Shown here: one piece after another, positions 20,129 through 31,137 of the stretch
How positions within the stretch are numbered: the stretch's first letter is position 1
Layout of the letters: each line of letters starts with the position of its first letter
Notes under the pieces: generated by a model
Told to the model about the DNA's origin: nothing
Seen by the model: the letters and a program-made list of their open reading frames with translations, nothing else
Databases searched by the model: none
NCBI GenBank assembly: GCA_046484945.1
Contig: JAWOHY010000026.1
Coordinates: forward strand, 2,073 to 66,072
DNA length: 64,000 nt
Reading direction: 5' to 3'
Source of the DNA: Bacteroidales bacterium
Lineage (GTDB): Bacteria; Bacteroidota; Bacteroidia; Bacteroidales; JAGOPY01
Program-made: the position numbers and the translations under genes

Positions 20129-21415
20129 ATGTTGTCTGCATCCGGAAAGAAAAAGCGATCCTATTCATTTGTTTATAAGATGTACAGGCGAATCCGGTAC
20201 ATTCGTTATAAGCGAAGACTGGAACGTGAGAAAAACCGAAGATTTCAGCAAGCTGCCTATCTGGAAGAAAAGGAGGTCCGGCAGAAATTGACGGAATTCG
20301 AAAAACAAGAGAAGCTGCGGCAACGAATTAAGTCGAAGGAAGACAAAGCAAAGGCCAGGAAATACAAAGCAGACCTGAAGGCCGAAATCTGGGAACAGAA
20401 GCGACAGGCAAAGGCTGAAATCAGCAGGTTATCGTCGGAGCTCAGGGAAAAGGAGCGTCTCCAAAGAAAGATCGAAAAGAAAAGAAGGAAGCGGCTGCTG
20501 AAGTTTTATTTCAAAACCCGGGTCAGGGATCTGAAGAGCCTCCCCCGCTCCATCAATATCCGGAATATTAAAAAGCTGTCTTCTCTTATCCGGGATATGA
20601 TCAGCACCATCAGGACCTACCTGGTTATCGCCTTCAATTCGACCGTCCTGTTTGTATTGTCATACCTGGTCCTGTTTCTCACCGGGCAGGCTATAACCGT
20701 TCTAACAGCGAGTCTTTTTGATTATCCGACGATTGTCTATTATTGGGAAATCTTTTTTGTAATAAGCCCCGAAGACTGGTATCACGATTCGGTCAAGACT
20801 ATTTTTTCGGCCGGGCCACTGGTCAACCTGGTCATTGGAATATCATTCCTTATTGTCTATAACAACATCCGTGAAAGCAGCGGGACCTTCAAACTATTTT
20901 TTCTCTGGGGTTACCTTCATGCGGTGAATATGTTATTCGGAGCGATGCTTATCGGAACGCTATTTGAAACAGGGGTCGGGCACGTCATCAGCTGGATGTA
21001 CATCATGGATACCGGCCGGGTATTGTATTCAATATTTTCTATTTTTATTCTAGTGATAGCTGGATTGCTCACTACCAGGCCATTTCTGATCTCAGCCAAT
21101 ACTTATTATAATCAGATAGGCATCCGGAACAGGTCGTTTTTCATTTCGGCACAAGTGTTGATGCCATACCTTTTAGGAAATGTTCTTCTCATAGCCATCC
21201 GCTTGCCAAGATTTATTTATTATGACACCTTTATCGTTTTAACACTCATTCTGAGCATAATACCCATACTGTTAGCCAGCAGGGCTTATCCGGAACTGTA
21301 TTTCGAAGAGGATACAAAAAAGCGTCGGGTGGCATGGTTGAATGCCCTTGTATTGATATTCATCCTGTTCATTTTCCGGGGGGTGCTGGAGATGGGCATT
21401 CGATTCGGGGGATGA
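20129..21415 (+). CDS. Membrane protein of unknown function with a K/R/E-rich N-terminal region of about 130 aa
   Basis: 428 aa. Residues 1-130 are almost entirely K, R, E and Q (coiled-coil-like). The remainder has about 8 hydrophobic helices. Confidence 0.6.
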   Translation: MLSASGKKKRSYSFVYKMYRRIRYIRYKRRLEREKNRRFQQAAYLEEKEVRQKLTEFEKQEKLRQRIKSKEDKAKARKYKADLKAEIWEQKRQAKAEISRLSSELREKERLQRKIEKKRRKRLLKFYFKTRVRDLKSLPRSINIRNIKKLSSLIRDMISTIRTYLVIAFNSTVLFVLSYLVLFLTGQAITVLTASLFDYPTIVYYWEIFFVISPEDWYHDSVKTIFSAGPLVNLVIGISFLIVYNNIRESSGTFKLFFLWGYLHAVNMLFGAMLIGTLFETGVGHVISWMYIMDTGRVLYSIFSIFILVIAGLLTTRPFLISANTYYNQIGIRNRSFFISAQVLMPYLLGNVLLIAIRLPRFIYYDTFIVLTLILSIIPILLASRAYPELYFEEDTKKRRVAWLNALVLIFILFIFRGVLEMGIRFGG

Positions 21416-21419
21416 GTAA

Positions 21420-23156
21420 TTACCGGTCGATCACCAGTTTCTTCAAACCCCAGCCTTCAGCAGTTTTAAATCTCAGGTAATAAAAACCATTGGTGACAGG
21501 CCCCAGGTCCAGATGGCCTTCCATCTTGCCTTCAGTCCATTCGGCCAGTATTTTCCCGGACACATCGTATAAACAAACCGATTCTATCAGGTATTCCGAT
21601 TCATATTTTATCATGTAGCCTTTTACCGGATTCGGACGGATCTTTATATGCTGACTGACCAGGTACTGATCGACACTTCCGACTCCTCCTCCGTCGGGTA
21701 CCAGTGATACATCCAGGTAAGTTGCCTGCCTGTTTGCAACAGTGACATTGTGGATCACTTTGGTTGCATATCCGGGTGCAGCATACCTGACCGAATAGGT
21801 GCCGGCCGGCAGCAGCCTGTGATATTTTCCTGTCGGAAGTGAGGAATAAACCCACGAGCTATCCAATTCGTGAGAAAGCGCATACACTTCAGCCTTCATG
21901 GGCCATCCAGTAACGGAGTCTCTGACAATACCCCGGAGGCCAAACACCGACTGCTCCATATAATTCAGTAAAGACCGGTAGTTATAATTCCACCAGGCCG
22001 GCAATTGCTGTGGTGGCAGTAATTTTGTATTGGATATCTCCAGGGTGAATTCGCGGCATTGATGGAAATAATTCATGTAATCCTGCCGACCACCGGTGAT
22101 GGAATACCAGGCATAGCCGTTGGTAATCCCGTTGTCAAAGCCGCTCATGTATCCTGATGGGCTGTAAAGATGCGCTGTATCGGCATATTCACGGCAGACA
22201 TACACCCACCAGTCATTATCGGCCGCCAGGTGAGACCAGGTATCCCAGGGGTAATTACACACCTCCGCCCCGCCGTGAATATTGGCAGACGAGACAAAAT
22301 GATGGTCTTCTGCCATTTGCATAAAGGCTACTGTTTCAACCTGCCAATCATTGCCATCGGGATGGGGACCGGCTTCCGGATCAGGGTAATTCCTGTTGAG
22401 ATCCACACCTTGTGCGTTGTATCTTTTGGCATTGTTCACCGTATTGTTTCCTCCCCAGTAAGTTCCGTCAGGGTTGGCTAGCGGATTGATCCATATTTCA
22501 ATATTATCGACCAGGGATGTGACACGCGGATCGGTTCCATAGTTTGAAAGCAGATAATCAATCAACCGCAGCATCAAAACATAACCAGCGGTTTCGTCGC
22601 CGTGCATGGTAGAAGTATAAAGAAATTGCGGTTCGTTTTCATGAATGCCGATATTGTCCGAAATTCTGGCAATGAGCAATTCCCGGCCCACATTCGTTGT
22701 GCCAATCGAAAAAACCTGGCATAATGAAGGGTACTGTGCAGCGTACTGGTACATCATGTCGACGTATGCTTCATACGTTGGGTAGAAATCCCATTCGAGC
22801 GGTTCCCGGATATCAATCCGGTCTTTCATGTTCAGATCGCCCTCGTAATAACCAGGATGAGGCAATACTTCATAGGGTATCGAATATTCCAGGAAGCTGG
22901 AAAACTCTTTCCTGTTGGCATAGGCATGCACTGTACCGTCGGCCTGCGCCTTATCGATGGAAACGATCCTGCTAAATTCATCGATAACTGCTTTGTCTTC
23001 AACCTGGAAGCGGAAGTAAATCTCCCCGGAATCCTTAAACAAGTTGTCGATGCCGTGATGATACAGCATATTTTGGCCAAATACCGGTCCGGATATCAGA
23101 AATAAGAGAATGGCCAAACGTAATATCCTGGACAACCCCATCATGATCATGTTCAT
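21420..23156 (-). CDS. M14-family zinc carboxypeptidase with T9SS C-terminal sorting domain
   Basis: 578 aa with a signal peptide. Contains the zinc-ligand motif HGDETAG, a carboxypeptidase regulatory-like beta domain, and the C-terminal segment IKIRPNPVKG...GFYYLRFKT. Confidence 0.85.
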   Translation of the reverse strand: MNMIMMGLSRILRLAILLFLISGPVFGQNMLYHHGIDNLFKDSGEIYFRFQVEDKAVIDEFSRIVSIDKAQADGTVHAYANRKEFSSFLEYSIPYEVLPHPGYYEGDLNMKDRIDIREPLEWDFYPTYEAYVDMMYQYAAQYPSLCQVFSIGTTNVGRELLIARISDNIGIHENEPQFLYTSTMHGDETAGYVLMLRLIDYLLSNYGTDPRVTSLVDNIEIWINPLANPDGTYWGGNNTVNNAKRYNAQGVDLNRNYPDPEAGPHPDGNDWQVETVAFMQMAEDHHFVSSANIHGGAEVCNYPWDTWSHLAADNDWWVYVCREYADTAHLYSPSGYMSGFDNGITNGYAWYSITGGRQDYMNYFHQCREFTLEISNTKLLPPQQLPAWWNYNYRSLLNYMEQSVFGLRGIVRDSVTGWPMKAEVYALSHELDSSWVYSSLPTGKYHRLLPAGTYSVRYAAPGYATKVIHNVTVANRQATYLDVSLVPDGGGVGSVDQYLVSQHIKIRPNPVKGYMIKYESEYLIESVCLYDVSGKILAEWTEGKMEGHLDLGPVTNGFYYLRFKTAEGWGLKKLVIDR

Positions 23157-23172
23157 ATTATATGGATTCTTA

Positions 23173-24075
23173 CTAATTTATTTCAACCTCTGACTGCACC
23201 AACAGTCCCACCTGATCGGCGATCAGTGACTGGACGGTTTTGTTCACCTTGACCAGTGGCAGCCGCACATTGCTTTTGCACAGTTCCAGGATTTCCAGTG
23301 CCGCTTTGATACCGGAAGGGTTTCCATCCAGGAATAATGCATTCATAAAATGGAGCAGCTGATAATGTAGCAATCTTGCTTTACTGAATTTTCCTTTCAA
23401 CCCCTGATCCACCATTGTGGAGAAATGTCCGGGAAACGCATTGGCCCCTACTGAAATAACCCCATCGGCACCGATCGAAAGCAAAGGAAGGGTGAGCATA
23501 TCATCTCCTGAAATGACCAAAAAACCCATCGGTCTTTCCTTCAGGATTTCCATGCATTGCAAAAGATTTCCCGAGGCTTCCTTTATCCCGATGATATTCC
23601 TGAAATCTTTTGCCAGTTTGAGGGTGGTCTCAGCCGTGATATTCACGCTTGTTCTTCCCGGGACATTATAAAGAATGACCGGAACTGGGCATGCTCCGGC
23701 AATGGCCTTGTAATGAAAATATATGCCTTTTTGCTGGGGTTTGTTATAATAGGGGCATACCGACAGGATGGCGTCCAGGCCATCAAAAGAGATCGCCTTA
23801 ATGGTATTAATAACTTCCTGTGTATTGTTCCCTCCTACTCCAGCCACTACCGGAACCCTTTTATTTACCGTTTCCACGACAAAATCGAGCACTGCTACTT
23901 TTTCATCTTTGGATAGGTTGACCGATTCGCCGGTTGTGCCGAGGGCAACAATATAATTCACTCCGCCAGTGATTACATGTTCCAGGATTTTCTCAAAAGC
24001 GCCAAAGTCAATATTTCCGCTGTCATGAAAAGGGGTGACAATTGCTACGCCCGTACCTTTGAATGGATCATTCAT
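23173..24075 (-). CDS. dapA: 4-hydroxy-tetrahydrodipicolinate synthase
   Basis: 300 aa. Contains GTGVAIVTPF, GTTGES, YNVPGRT, and IIGIKEASG with the Schiff-base lysine. Confidence 0.95.
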   Translation of the reverse strand: MNDPFKGTGVAIVTPFHDSGNIDFGAFEKILEHVITGGVNYIVALGTTGESVNLSKDEKVAVLDFVVETVNKRVPVVAGVGGNNTQEVINTIKAISFDGLDAILSVCPYYNKPQQKGIYFHYKAIAGACPVPVILYNVPGRTSVNITAETTLKLAKDFRNIIGIKEASGNLLQCMEILKERPMGFLVISGDDMLTLPLLSIGADGVISVGANAFPGHFSTMVDQGLKGKFSKARLLHYQLLHFMNALFLDGNPSGIKAALEILELCKSNVRLPLVKVNKTVQSLIADQVGLLVQSEVEIN

Positions 24076-24649
24076 TTTCCCTGGGATTTAAGATTAACAA
24101 ATACTCATGGATATCGTCCAATAATTTAACCTGGTCATGCATCTCTCCGGTTTTAAAAAGAACGTCATAAATACCTGTCAGATCGCCCTTTTTCAATCCC
24201 GATTCATCATTATGGTAAGACCCTGCCCTTAGCCTGGCCCTGGACATAGCGGCTATATATTTCAGTGGAAAAACATTTTCAGAAGCTAAATTGATACAAA
24301 CATCAAATTCCGTGTCGGTAAAGTCACTGATAAAGCTGGCATGGGGTATATTAAACCAGTTGAGGTGTTTTCTGGTAAATAAGTCAAAAGAAAGAACCGG
24401 CAGGAATTTTTTGGTCAACAATTTATCGTCAGTGTACCCAAGCGCTTTCGTTTTCACTTTTTTGCCTTGTAATTCCTGGAGGTACATATGGACATGCCGG
24501 TAGGTATTTTCGTCTGTTAATTCAAACAAGATTCCCACGGAACCGGCTGAATCGATATTCACCATCTTCCGGTTTCTTTTGATGGTTGTTATCTTTCTTT
24601 TCAGGAAGTAATTACCGGCGTAATATTTTATTTCACTTATAAAACTCAT
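24068..24649 (-). CDS. Conserved hypothetical protein (possibly DUF6913)
   Basis: 193 aa. It overlaps the dapA start by 8 nt, which suggests co-transcription. No motif recognised. Confidence 0.5.
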   Translation of the reverse strand: MSFISEIKYYAGNYFLKRKITTIKRNRKMVNIDSAGSVGILFELTDENTYRHVHMYLQELQGKKVKTKALGYTDDKLLTKKFLPVLSFDLFTRKHLNWFNIPHASFISDFTDTEFDVCINLASENVFPLKYIAAMSRARLRAGSYHNDESGLKKGDLTGIYDVLFKTGEMHDQVKLLDDIHEYLLILNPRENE

Positions 24650-24699
24650 TCACTTTCTTAAGAAGGGAATGGTAAAATTATAAAGAAAAACAAAACTGC

Positions 24700-27150
24700 C
24701 TACGACAAATTTAAAGCATGGGGAACTTTATCTTTCAGTAAGGTGAGGTTTATCACATCCAGCATTTTTTCGACATAGATAAAATCCACCCCTTCGATGT
24801 AATCCTTTTTAATCTCATCGATATCCTTTTTATTTTCTGAGGAAAGGATAATATGATGGATTTTAGCACGTTTCGCTGCCAGGATCTTTTCTTTGATCCC
24901 ACCGACGGGCAATACTTTTCCACGCAGGGTGATTTCACCGGTCATGGCCACGTCGGCCCTGACTTTACGCTGAGTGAACGCGGATGTCAAAGCCGTCAGC
25001 ATGGTAATTCCGGCGGAGGGGCCATCTTTTGGCGTGGCTCCTTCCGGAACATGGATATGGGCATTCCAGTGTCGGAAGATTTCCGGGTCGAGGTTCAGCC
25101 GGTGGGCATGTGATTTGAGGTATTCGAAGGCAATCGTTGCCGATTCTTTCATCACATCGCCCAGGTTCCCGGTGAGTGTCAGTATACCTTTTCCTTTGCT
25201 CAGGCTGACCTCTACCAGGAGGATTTCACCTCCCACGGCCGTCCAGGCAAGGCCCGTAGCTACACCGGGCACGTCATGCTTAGTATCTTTGTCACGCTGG
25301 TACTTAGGTGCACCGAGGATGGATTCTATGTCGTCGGTTTGAAGTTTCGCCATATAATCCTCCTCCATGGCAACGTATTTCGCCCTGTTCCGGATGACTT
25401 TGGCGATTACTTTCTCAAGCGACCGGACACCTGATTCGCGGGTATAATCGTCGATGATCTTCGCAAGCACCTTAACGCTGAATTTGACATGCTTAGTTGT
25501 CAAACCATGCTCCCTGAGCTGTTTTGGGATCAGGTGCCGCCTGGCGATCTCCACTTTTTCTTCCAGCAGGTAACCACTCAGGTCAATGATCTCCATCCGG
25601 TCGCGCAAAGCCGGATGCACCGTTAATAAAGTATTGGCTGTTGCCAGGAACATGATCCGTGAGAGGTCAAAATTGACTTCCAGGTAATTATCGTAGAATT
25701 CGAAATTCTGTTCGGGATCCAGTACTTCCAGCAGCGCGGCCTGGGGGTCTCCCTGTATGTTGTTGCCGCTGACCTTGTCGACCTCATCCAGGACAAACAC
25801 GGGATTGGCTGATCCCGCTTTCCGGAGGCTCTGGATGATCCGGCCCGGCATGGCGCCGATATAGGTTTTGCGATGGCCGCGCAATTCGGCTTCATCACGC
25901 AATCCGCCCAAGGAAACCCGGATGTAATTGCGCCCCAGCGCACGGGCGATCGATTTGCCCAGGGATGTCTTACCGACGCCGGGAGGGCCCACAAAGCATA
26001 AAATGGGCGACTTCATGTCGTTTTTCAGCTTCAGCACGGCCAGATGCTCGATGATCCGCTCCTTGATCTTTTCCAAACCGTAATGATCCTCATCCAGGAT
26101 CCGCTGGGCCTTTTTCAAGTCAAAACTGTCTTCTGTGTAATCATTCCAGGGCAACTCGATCATAGTTTCCAGATAATTCATCTGGATGGAATATTCGGCG
26201 GCCTGGGTGTTCATCCGCTGCAATTTCTTCAGTTCTTTCTCGAAAGTCTTGCCTACTTTTTCAGACCATTTCTTCGTGGCGGCCTTTTCTTTTAAAGCAT
26301 TGATCTCTTGCTCATGCGGGCTGCCTCCCAGCTCCTCCTGTATGGTTTTCAACTGCTGGCTAAGCAGGTAGTCCCGCTGCTGCTTGTCAAGGTCCGATTT
26401 GACCTTGTCCTGGATCTGGCTTTTCAGCTCCAGCATGTGCAATTCCTTGGCCAGGGCTGTGAGCACATCATTGGCCCGTTTGATGAGATCGGGGGTCTCA
26501 AGAAGTTTTTGCTTCTCCGCCAGTTCAATATTCAGATTGGACGATACAAAGTTAACCAGGAAAAAGGGGCTTTCAATGTTTTTGATAGCGAAGGCCGCTT
26601 CGGAAGGTATGTTTGGGGAAAGCTTGATGATCTGGATGGCCAGGTCTTTCAGCGATCCGATCAATGCTATGAAATGCTCATCCCGCTTCAGTTTTTTGTC
26701 AAAGTCGGCCAGATCCGTGATCCTGGCCCTGAAATAGGGTTCATCCTGGATAAACTGCTCTATTTCAAATCGTTTCTTTCCCTGTATGATAACGGTTGTG
26801 TTGCCATCGGGCATTTGCAGGATCTTAAGCAGTTGTGCCACAGTGCCCACCCGGTAGAGATCTTTCTCCTCCGGGTCTTCAAAACTGGCATCTTTCTGGG
26901 CGACAACCCCGATAACCCTTTCGTTACGATAGGATTCCCTGATCAGGCGAATGGATTTATCCCGCCCCACGGTAATGGGGATCACCACACCCGGAAAAAG
27001 GACAGTGTTCCTGAGTGGTAATATGGGAAGGCTTTCCGGCAGGTCTTCTGCATGCATCATCTCTTCCTCCTCTGAGGAAAGGAGGGGAATAAATTCCGTG
27101 TCATTATCCATGGCTTGGGTAAAGCCATTTATGTTAAAGAGGTCGTCCAT
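24700..27150 (-). CDS. lon: Endopeptidase La (Lon protease)
   Basis: 816 aa. Has a LON N-domain, the AAA+ Walker [10 protein letters not shown], and the protease Ser-Lys dyad region [11 protein letters not shown]. Confidence 0.97.
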   Translation of the reverse strand: MDDLFNINGFTQAMDNDTEFIPLLSSEEEEMMHAEDLPESLPILPLRNTVLFPGVVIPITVGRDKSIRLIRESYRNERVIGVVAQKDASFEDPEEKDLYRVGTVAQLLKILQMPDGNTTVIIQGKKRFEIEQFIQDEPYFRARITDLADFDKKLKRDEHFIALIGSLKDLAIQIIKLSPNIPSEAAFAIKNIESPFFLVNFVSSNLNIELAEKQKLLETPDLIKRANDVLTALAKELHMLELKSQIQDKVKSDLDKQQRDYLLSQQLKTIQEELGGSPHEQEINALKEKAATKKWSEKVGKTFEKELKKLQRMNTQAAEYSIQMNYLETMIELPWNDYTEDSFDLKKAQRILDEDHYGLEKIKERIIEHLAVLKLKNDMKSPILCFVGPPGVGKTSLGKSIARALGRNYIRVSLGGLRDEAELRGHRKTYIGAMPGRIIQSLRKAGSANPVFVLDEVDKVSGNNIQGDPQAALLEVLDPEQNFEFYDNYLEVNFDLSRIMFLATANTLLTVHPALRDRMEIIDLSGYLLEEKVEIARRHLIPKQLREHGLTTKHVKFSVKVLAKIIDDYTRESGVRSLEKVIAKVIRNRAKYVAMEEDYMAKLQTDDIESILGAPKYQRDKDTKHDVPGVATGLAWTAVGGEILLVEVSLSKGKGILTLTGNLGDVMKESATIAFEYLKSHAHRLNLDPEIFRHWNAHIHVPEGATPKDGPSAGITMLTALTSAFTQRKVRADVAMTGEITLRGKVLPVGGIKEKILAAKRAKIHHIILSSENKKDIDEIKKDYIEGVDFIYVEKMLDVINLTLLKDKVPHALNLS

Positions 27151-27212
27151 AAATTGTGCGTCAATTTGTCAGTTTATGTTGCCAGACATTTCTTGCCATT
27201 ATGCCAGAAGTG

Positions 27213-28379
27213 CTACAACAACTCATAGACATCCCTGAGGATCTGCTCATCGATGCCCGTAAACTCCAGTCCCCGGCGCCGGTAAACCACCCGGGCTACG
27301 TTAATTGCCCGGTCGATAAGGTAAGTATGATACCCGCTGGTGCCGCCCCAGACAAAGCTGGGGACAAAATTCCGCTGATACCCGGAACCAAAGATATTGG
27401 CATTTATTCCAACAACCGTACCAGTATTGAACATGGTATTGATACCGCACTTGGAATGATCTCCCATGACCAGGCCGCAGAATTGCAGGCCGGTTTCCAC
27501 GAAGGTCTGATCTGTGTAGTTCCACAGCTTGACCTGTTCATAATTGTTTTTCAGGTTGGATGTATTGGTGTCGGCCCCGAGGTTACACCATTCGGCAATA
27601 ACGGAGTGGCCCATGAAGCCGTCGTGTGCTTTATTCGAATAACCGAAAAAGACCGAATTGTTCACCTCCCCTCCTACCTTGCTATGAGGCCCGATTGTTG
27701 TCGGACCATAGATTTTCGCCCCCATTTTCACAACAGCATGCTCTCCCAGGGAAAACGGACCCCTGATGAGACTGCCTTCCATCACCTCCGCATCTTTACC
27801 GATATAAATCGGCCCGGTGGATGAATTCAGGACACTGCATTCCACCACTGCTCCTGGCTCGATAAATACCTGATTGCCTATTACCTGGTTGGTTTTGCTG
27901 ATGGGAGCCGATTTCCGGCCGGTCGTCAGTAAAGAGAAATCTTCCCGGATGGCACGGTCATTCCTGGAAAAAATATCCCAGGTATTGGATATCTTCAAAG
28001 GATCGGTCCTGGATTCAATCATATCCTCCCCTTCCATGCTTTCTTCATCCAGCTTCTCCAGGTCCATTTGCTGCAGCCTCATGGCAATGATGATATCCTC
28101 ATGATGTAAAACCTCTCCTTTTTTAAGGGATTGTATCTCTTCCAGCAGTTCAGGGCTTGGACAAACCGAACCATTGATCACAATATTGTCATCCGCTTCG
28201 ACAATGGGGTACTTCCTGCGTAAATAAGGTTCTGTCAATGTGGAGGTTGGCTCCCCAAGATATTTTTCCCATTTTTCACGGATGGTCAGTATGCCGACTC
28301 TGATATCGGCCACCGGACGAAGATAGGTAAGCGGCAATAAGTTGCTTCTCCAAAAATTGTCAAACAAGATATAGTTCAT
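27213..28379 (-). CDS. Putative sugar-phosphate nucleotidyltransferase with left-handed beta-helix domain (GlmU-like family)
   Basis: 388 aa. The C-terminal half carries hexapeptide repeats (IGxxxxV/I...). The family is widely conserved in Bacteroidota. Confidence 0.65.
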   Translation of the reverse strand: MNYILFDNFWRSNLLPLTYLRPVADIRVGILTIREKWEKYLGEPTSTLTEPYLRRKYPIVEADDNIVINGSVCPSPELLEEIQSLKKGEVLHHEDIIIAMRLQQMDLEKLDEESMEGEDMIESRTDPLKISNTWDIFSRNDRAIREDFSLLTTGRKSAPISKTNQVIGNQVFIEPGAVVECSVLNSSTGPIYIGKDAEVMEGSLIRGPFSLGEHAVVKMGAKIYGPTTIGPHSKVGGEVNNSVFFGYSNKAHDGFMGHSVIAEWCNLGADTNTSNLKNNYEQVKLWNYTDQTFVETGLQFCGLVMGDHSKCGINTMFNTGTVVGINANIFGSGYQRNFVPSFVWGGTSGYHTYLIDRAINVARVVYRRRGLEFTGIDEQILRDVYELL

Positions 28380-28408
28380 ATAAGGCAGAATTTGGGTGTA
28401 AAAATATA

Positions 28409-28438
28409 CAAAAAAGCCCTTGGCGTTGGCGAAGGGCT
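28409..28438 (-). terminator. Rho-independent terminator after rpmE2
   Basis: The minus strand reads AGCCCTT-cgccaacgcc-AAGGGCT followed by TTTTTT. Confidence 0.7.
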
Positions 28439-28460
28439 GATTTATGGGGGATAAACATTT

Positions 28461-28736
28461 TTATTCGGTTGGTTTTTCCTTATTCTGCAAGTGCTGTTTG
28501 TAACGGCTCTTGAACTTATCAACCCTTCCGGCGGTATCCACAAGTTTCATCTTACCGGTAAAATAGGGATGGGACGTATTGGAGATCTCCAGTTTGATCA
28601 GCGGGTACTCCTTGCCATCGTCAAACACGACCGTTTCCTTTGATTTAGCCGTTGACTTGGTAAGGAAAGCATATCCGTTCGACATATCTTTAAACACGAC
28701 AAACCGGTAATCTTTCGGATGGATGTCTTTCTTCAT
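28461..28736 (-). CDS. rpmE2: 50S ribosomal protein L31, type B (no zinc motif)
   Basis: 91 aa. Reads MKKDIHPKDY...SNTSHPYFTGK...GRVDKF and lacks the CxxC pairs. Confidence 0.93.
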   Translation of the reverse strand: MKKDIHPKDYRFVVFKDMSNGYAFLTKSTAKSKETVVFDDGKEYPLIKLEISNTSHPYFTGKMKLVDTAGRVDKFKSRYKQHLQNKEKPTE

Positions 28737-28763
28737 GATTTTTTCCTTTTCAATTTAGGGCTG

Positions 28764-28771
28764 CAAAGGTA
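28764..28771 (-). promoter_or_regulatory. Bacteroidota -7 promoter box (rpmE2)
   Basis: The plus strand reads CAAAGGTA, which is TACCTTTG on the minus strand, 28 nt upstream of the start at 28736. Confidence 0.4.
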
Positions 28772-28821
28772 CTTAAATTATTCATACAACAAAACATGAC
28801 CGGTGATTTTTTATCCCGGAA

Positions 28822-29883
28822 TCAGATATTCAGCAAAAATTCCATCGTATCCACACCATCGGCATAATCCCACAGACGGGGATGCTGGCTTTGCCCGAAC
28901 GGAACAACCGGTAACGCTAAATCACGGTGGGAAACGATGCACTGGATCTGGTCCCGGATGTCAGGCAGTTGCTGATTGAGCAGATCCAGGGAATGATAAA
29001 CTGAATAATTGAGCACCGCTACGGGGGAGATCAGGGCGGGATTTTCCACGGCCATCAGGAATCCATTATCCTCATGGGGAATATTGTTGATGATCATGAC
29101 CGACTTTTGGTAATCATAGTTATTCCGGTACTTATTATGATCCTGAACGTAAGAATAGTGCTGAAAATGGGGCCACAAATTTTGAAGACTGTAACCTTCG
29201 GGAAGATAAACCCCGGAAACATTGCGGCACCCCATCCCGAAATACATAAATACATCATCTGCGAGCAACCCGAGCTCCTGGCTGGTTTCATTTCCCGTGA
29301 TAACGGCCAGGCCATTCCTGTTTTTCCGGATAATGTGCGGATATTTCCCGAAATAATACTCGAAATAGCGGGCTGAGTTATTGCTGCCTGTGGCAATAAT
29401 GGCATCAAAATTTTTCATTGGTCCTTCACAGGTTTTGATCCTGCTTTCAAGAGAGGGTTCTATTTTAAACAGGATTTGAAGAACAGCCGGTATCAGCCGG
29501 TTATCTGCCGATGAAAACCGGATGAGCAGATTATGCCCTGAAGTGATGCCACACAGCAGGTCATGCAATCCCACGGCAGGGATATTTCCCGCCATGATCA
29601 GCGCTACATTCCGGGGATCATGACGCCTGGAAATCCGGTTATCGTAACTGCCCAGCCATTTCCTCAGATCGTCTTCCCTTAAAGCCTTTCCCCAGGCAGA
29701 AAACGCATGTCTGGCAAAATCCGGGGTAAACCATGGATTATCCCGGTGCGCATTCCGGATCTCTCCGGCCAGAATAGCAGTTGGGCTATCATGTTGATTT
29801 TCAATAAATCCGGATAGATCAACCGCAAATGAGAAATGCTTTCCCAGTTCAGAAAATATGTCAACATATTTTTCGGAAACCAT
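28822..29883 (-). CDS. LuxC-like acyl-CoA reductase family protein
   Basis: 353 aa. It sits divergent from serC as in many Bacteroidota. The pattern resembles the aldehyde dehydrogenase-like LuxC family (GNIPAVG, GMGCRNVS). Confidence 0.6.
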   Translation of the reverse strand: MVSEKYVDIFSELGKHFSFAVDLSGFIENQHDSPTAILAGEIRNAHRDNPWFTPDFARHAFSAWGKALREDDLRKWLGSYDNRISRRHDPRNVALIMAGNIPAVGLHDLLCGITSGHNLLIRFSSADNRLIPAVLQILFKIEPSLESRIKTCEGPMKNFDAIIATGSNNSARYFEYYFGKYPHIIRKNRNGLAVITGNETSQELGLLADDVFMYFGMGCRNVSGVYLPEGYSLQNLWPHFQHYSYVQDHNKYRNNYDYQKSVMIINNIPHEDNGFLMAVENPALISPVAVLNYSVYHSLDLLNQQLPDIRDQIQCIVSHRDLALPVVPFGQSQHPRLWDYADGVDTMEFLLNI

Positions 29884-29963
29884 GCCGTTTCAGGACCAGT
29901 CTGTTCGGGGCAAAATTAGGTTTTATTTAATTCCGCTGCTTGCTTATTACCGTCCAAAAATTA

Positions 29964-29971
29964 TATCTTTG
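29964..29971 (+). promoter_or_regulatory. Bacteroidota -7 promoter box (serC)
   Basis: TATCTTTG, 55 nt upstream of ATG 30026. Confidence 0.45.
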
Positions 29972-30025
29972 CGGTTTATGAATGATATTATAATAACCAA
30001 ATCGATACCTAAATAATTAAACGAT

Positions 30026-31099
30026 ATGAAAAAGCACAACTTTTACGCCGGCCCCTCCATCATGCCGGCATTTACGATCGAAAAAACGGCTGAGGCTGTT
30101 TTGAACCTGAATGGAATGGGCCTTTCGCTCATGGAGATTTCTCATCGCAGCAAAGATTTTCAAGCCATTATTGATGAAGCGGTCGCTTTGTTCAAGGAAT
30201 TACTGAAAATACCCGAAGGCTATTCGGTACTCTTTCTTGGAGGGGGTGCCAGCCTGCAGTTTGCCATGGTGCCTTACAACCTGCTGGAAGCTAAAGCCGC
30301 TTACCTGAATACCGGCGAGTGGGCTAAAAAGGCGATCAAGGAAGCAAAGAATTTCGGAGAGGTGATCACTGTAGCATCTTCTGAAGAAAAGATCTTCAAT
30401 TATATTCCCAGGGGTTATGAAATTCCTGCCGATGCCGACTATTTCCATTTCACTTCGAACAATACGATCTACGGCACGGAGATCCTGAAAGACTTCGACC
30501 TGAAGGTCCCCCTGGTATCCGATATGTCGAGTGATATTTTAAGCCGTCCGGTAGATATTTCAAAATATGCACTTATTTATGCCGGTGCGCAGAAAAACAT
30601 CGGGCCTTCGGGTGTAACGGTGATTATCATCAGAAATGACGTGCTCGGCAAAGTGAGCCGGAAAATCCCCACGATGCTGAATTATCAGACTCATATTGAC
30701 AAGGGTTCCATGTTCAACACCCCGCCGGTGGTTCCTATTTTCGCCTGTTTGCAGACGCTGAAATGGCTCAAGGGACTCGGAGGGCTTGCGGAGATGGAAA
30801 AGATGAACATCCGGAAGTCATCGGCGCTCTACGCCGAGATTGACCGCAACAAACTCTTCCGGCCCACGGTACCTGATGCGGCCGACCGGTCGAGAATGAA
30901 TGTTTGCTTTGTGATGTATGATGAATACAAGCACCTGGAGCCTCTCTTCCAGGAATTCGCCACTGCCCGCGGCATGATCGGGATCAAGGGACACCGTTCT
31001 GTGGGCGGATTCAGGGCCTCCCTGTACAACGCCCTGCCGATGGAGAGCGTCGAAGCCCTGATCGCTTGTATGCAGGAATTTGAAAAAGAGAATGCCTGA
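30026..31099 (+). CDS. serC: Phosphoserine aminotransferase
   Basis: 357 aa. Contains NFYAGPS, SHRSKDF, and [11 protein letters not shown] with the PLP lysine. Confidence 0.96.
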   Translation: MKKHNFYAGPSIMPAFTIEKTAEAVLNLNGMGLSLMEISHRSKDFQAIIDEAVALFKELLKIPEGYSVLFLGGGASLQFAMVPYNLLEAKAAYLNTGEWAKKAIKEAKNFGEVITVASSEEKIFNYIPRGYEIPADADYFHFTSNNTIYGTEILKDFDLKVPLVSDMSSDILSRPVDISKYALIYAGAQKNIGPSGVTVIIIRNDVLGKVSRKIPTMLNYQTHIDKGSMFNTPPVVPIFACLQTLKWLKGLGGLAEMEKMNIRKSSALYAEIDRNKLFRPTVPDAADRSRMNVCFVMYDEYKHLEPLFQEFATARGMIGIKGHRSVGGFRASLYNALPMESVEALIACMQEFEKENA

Positions 31100-31137
31100 T
31101 CGTAAAGGCAGGAATGAAAACCTCTAAGCGTATGATT

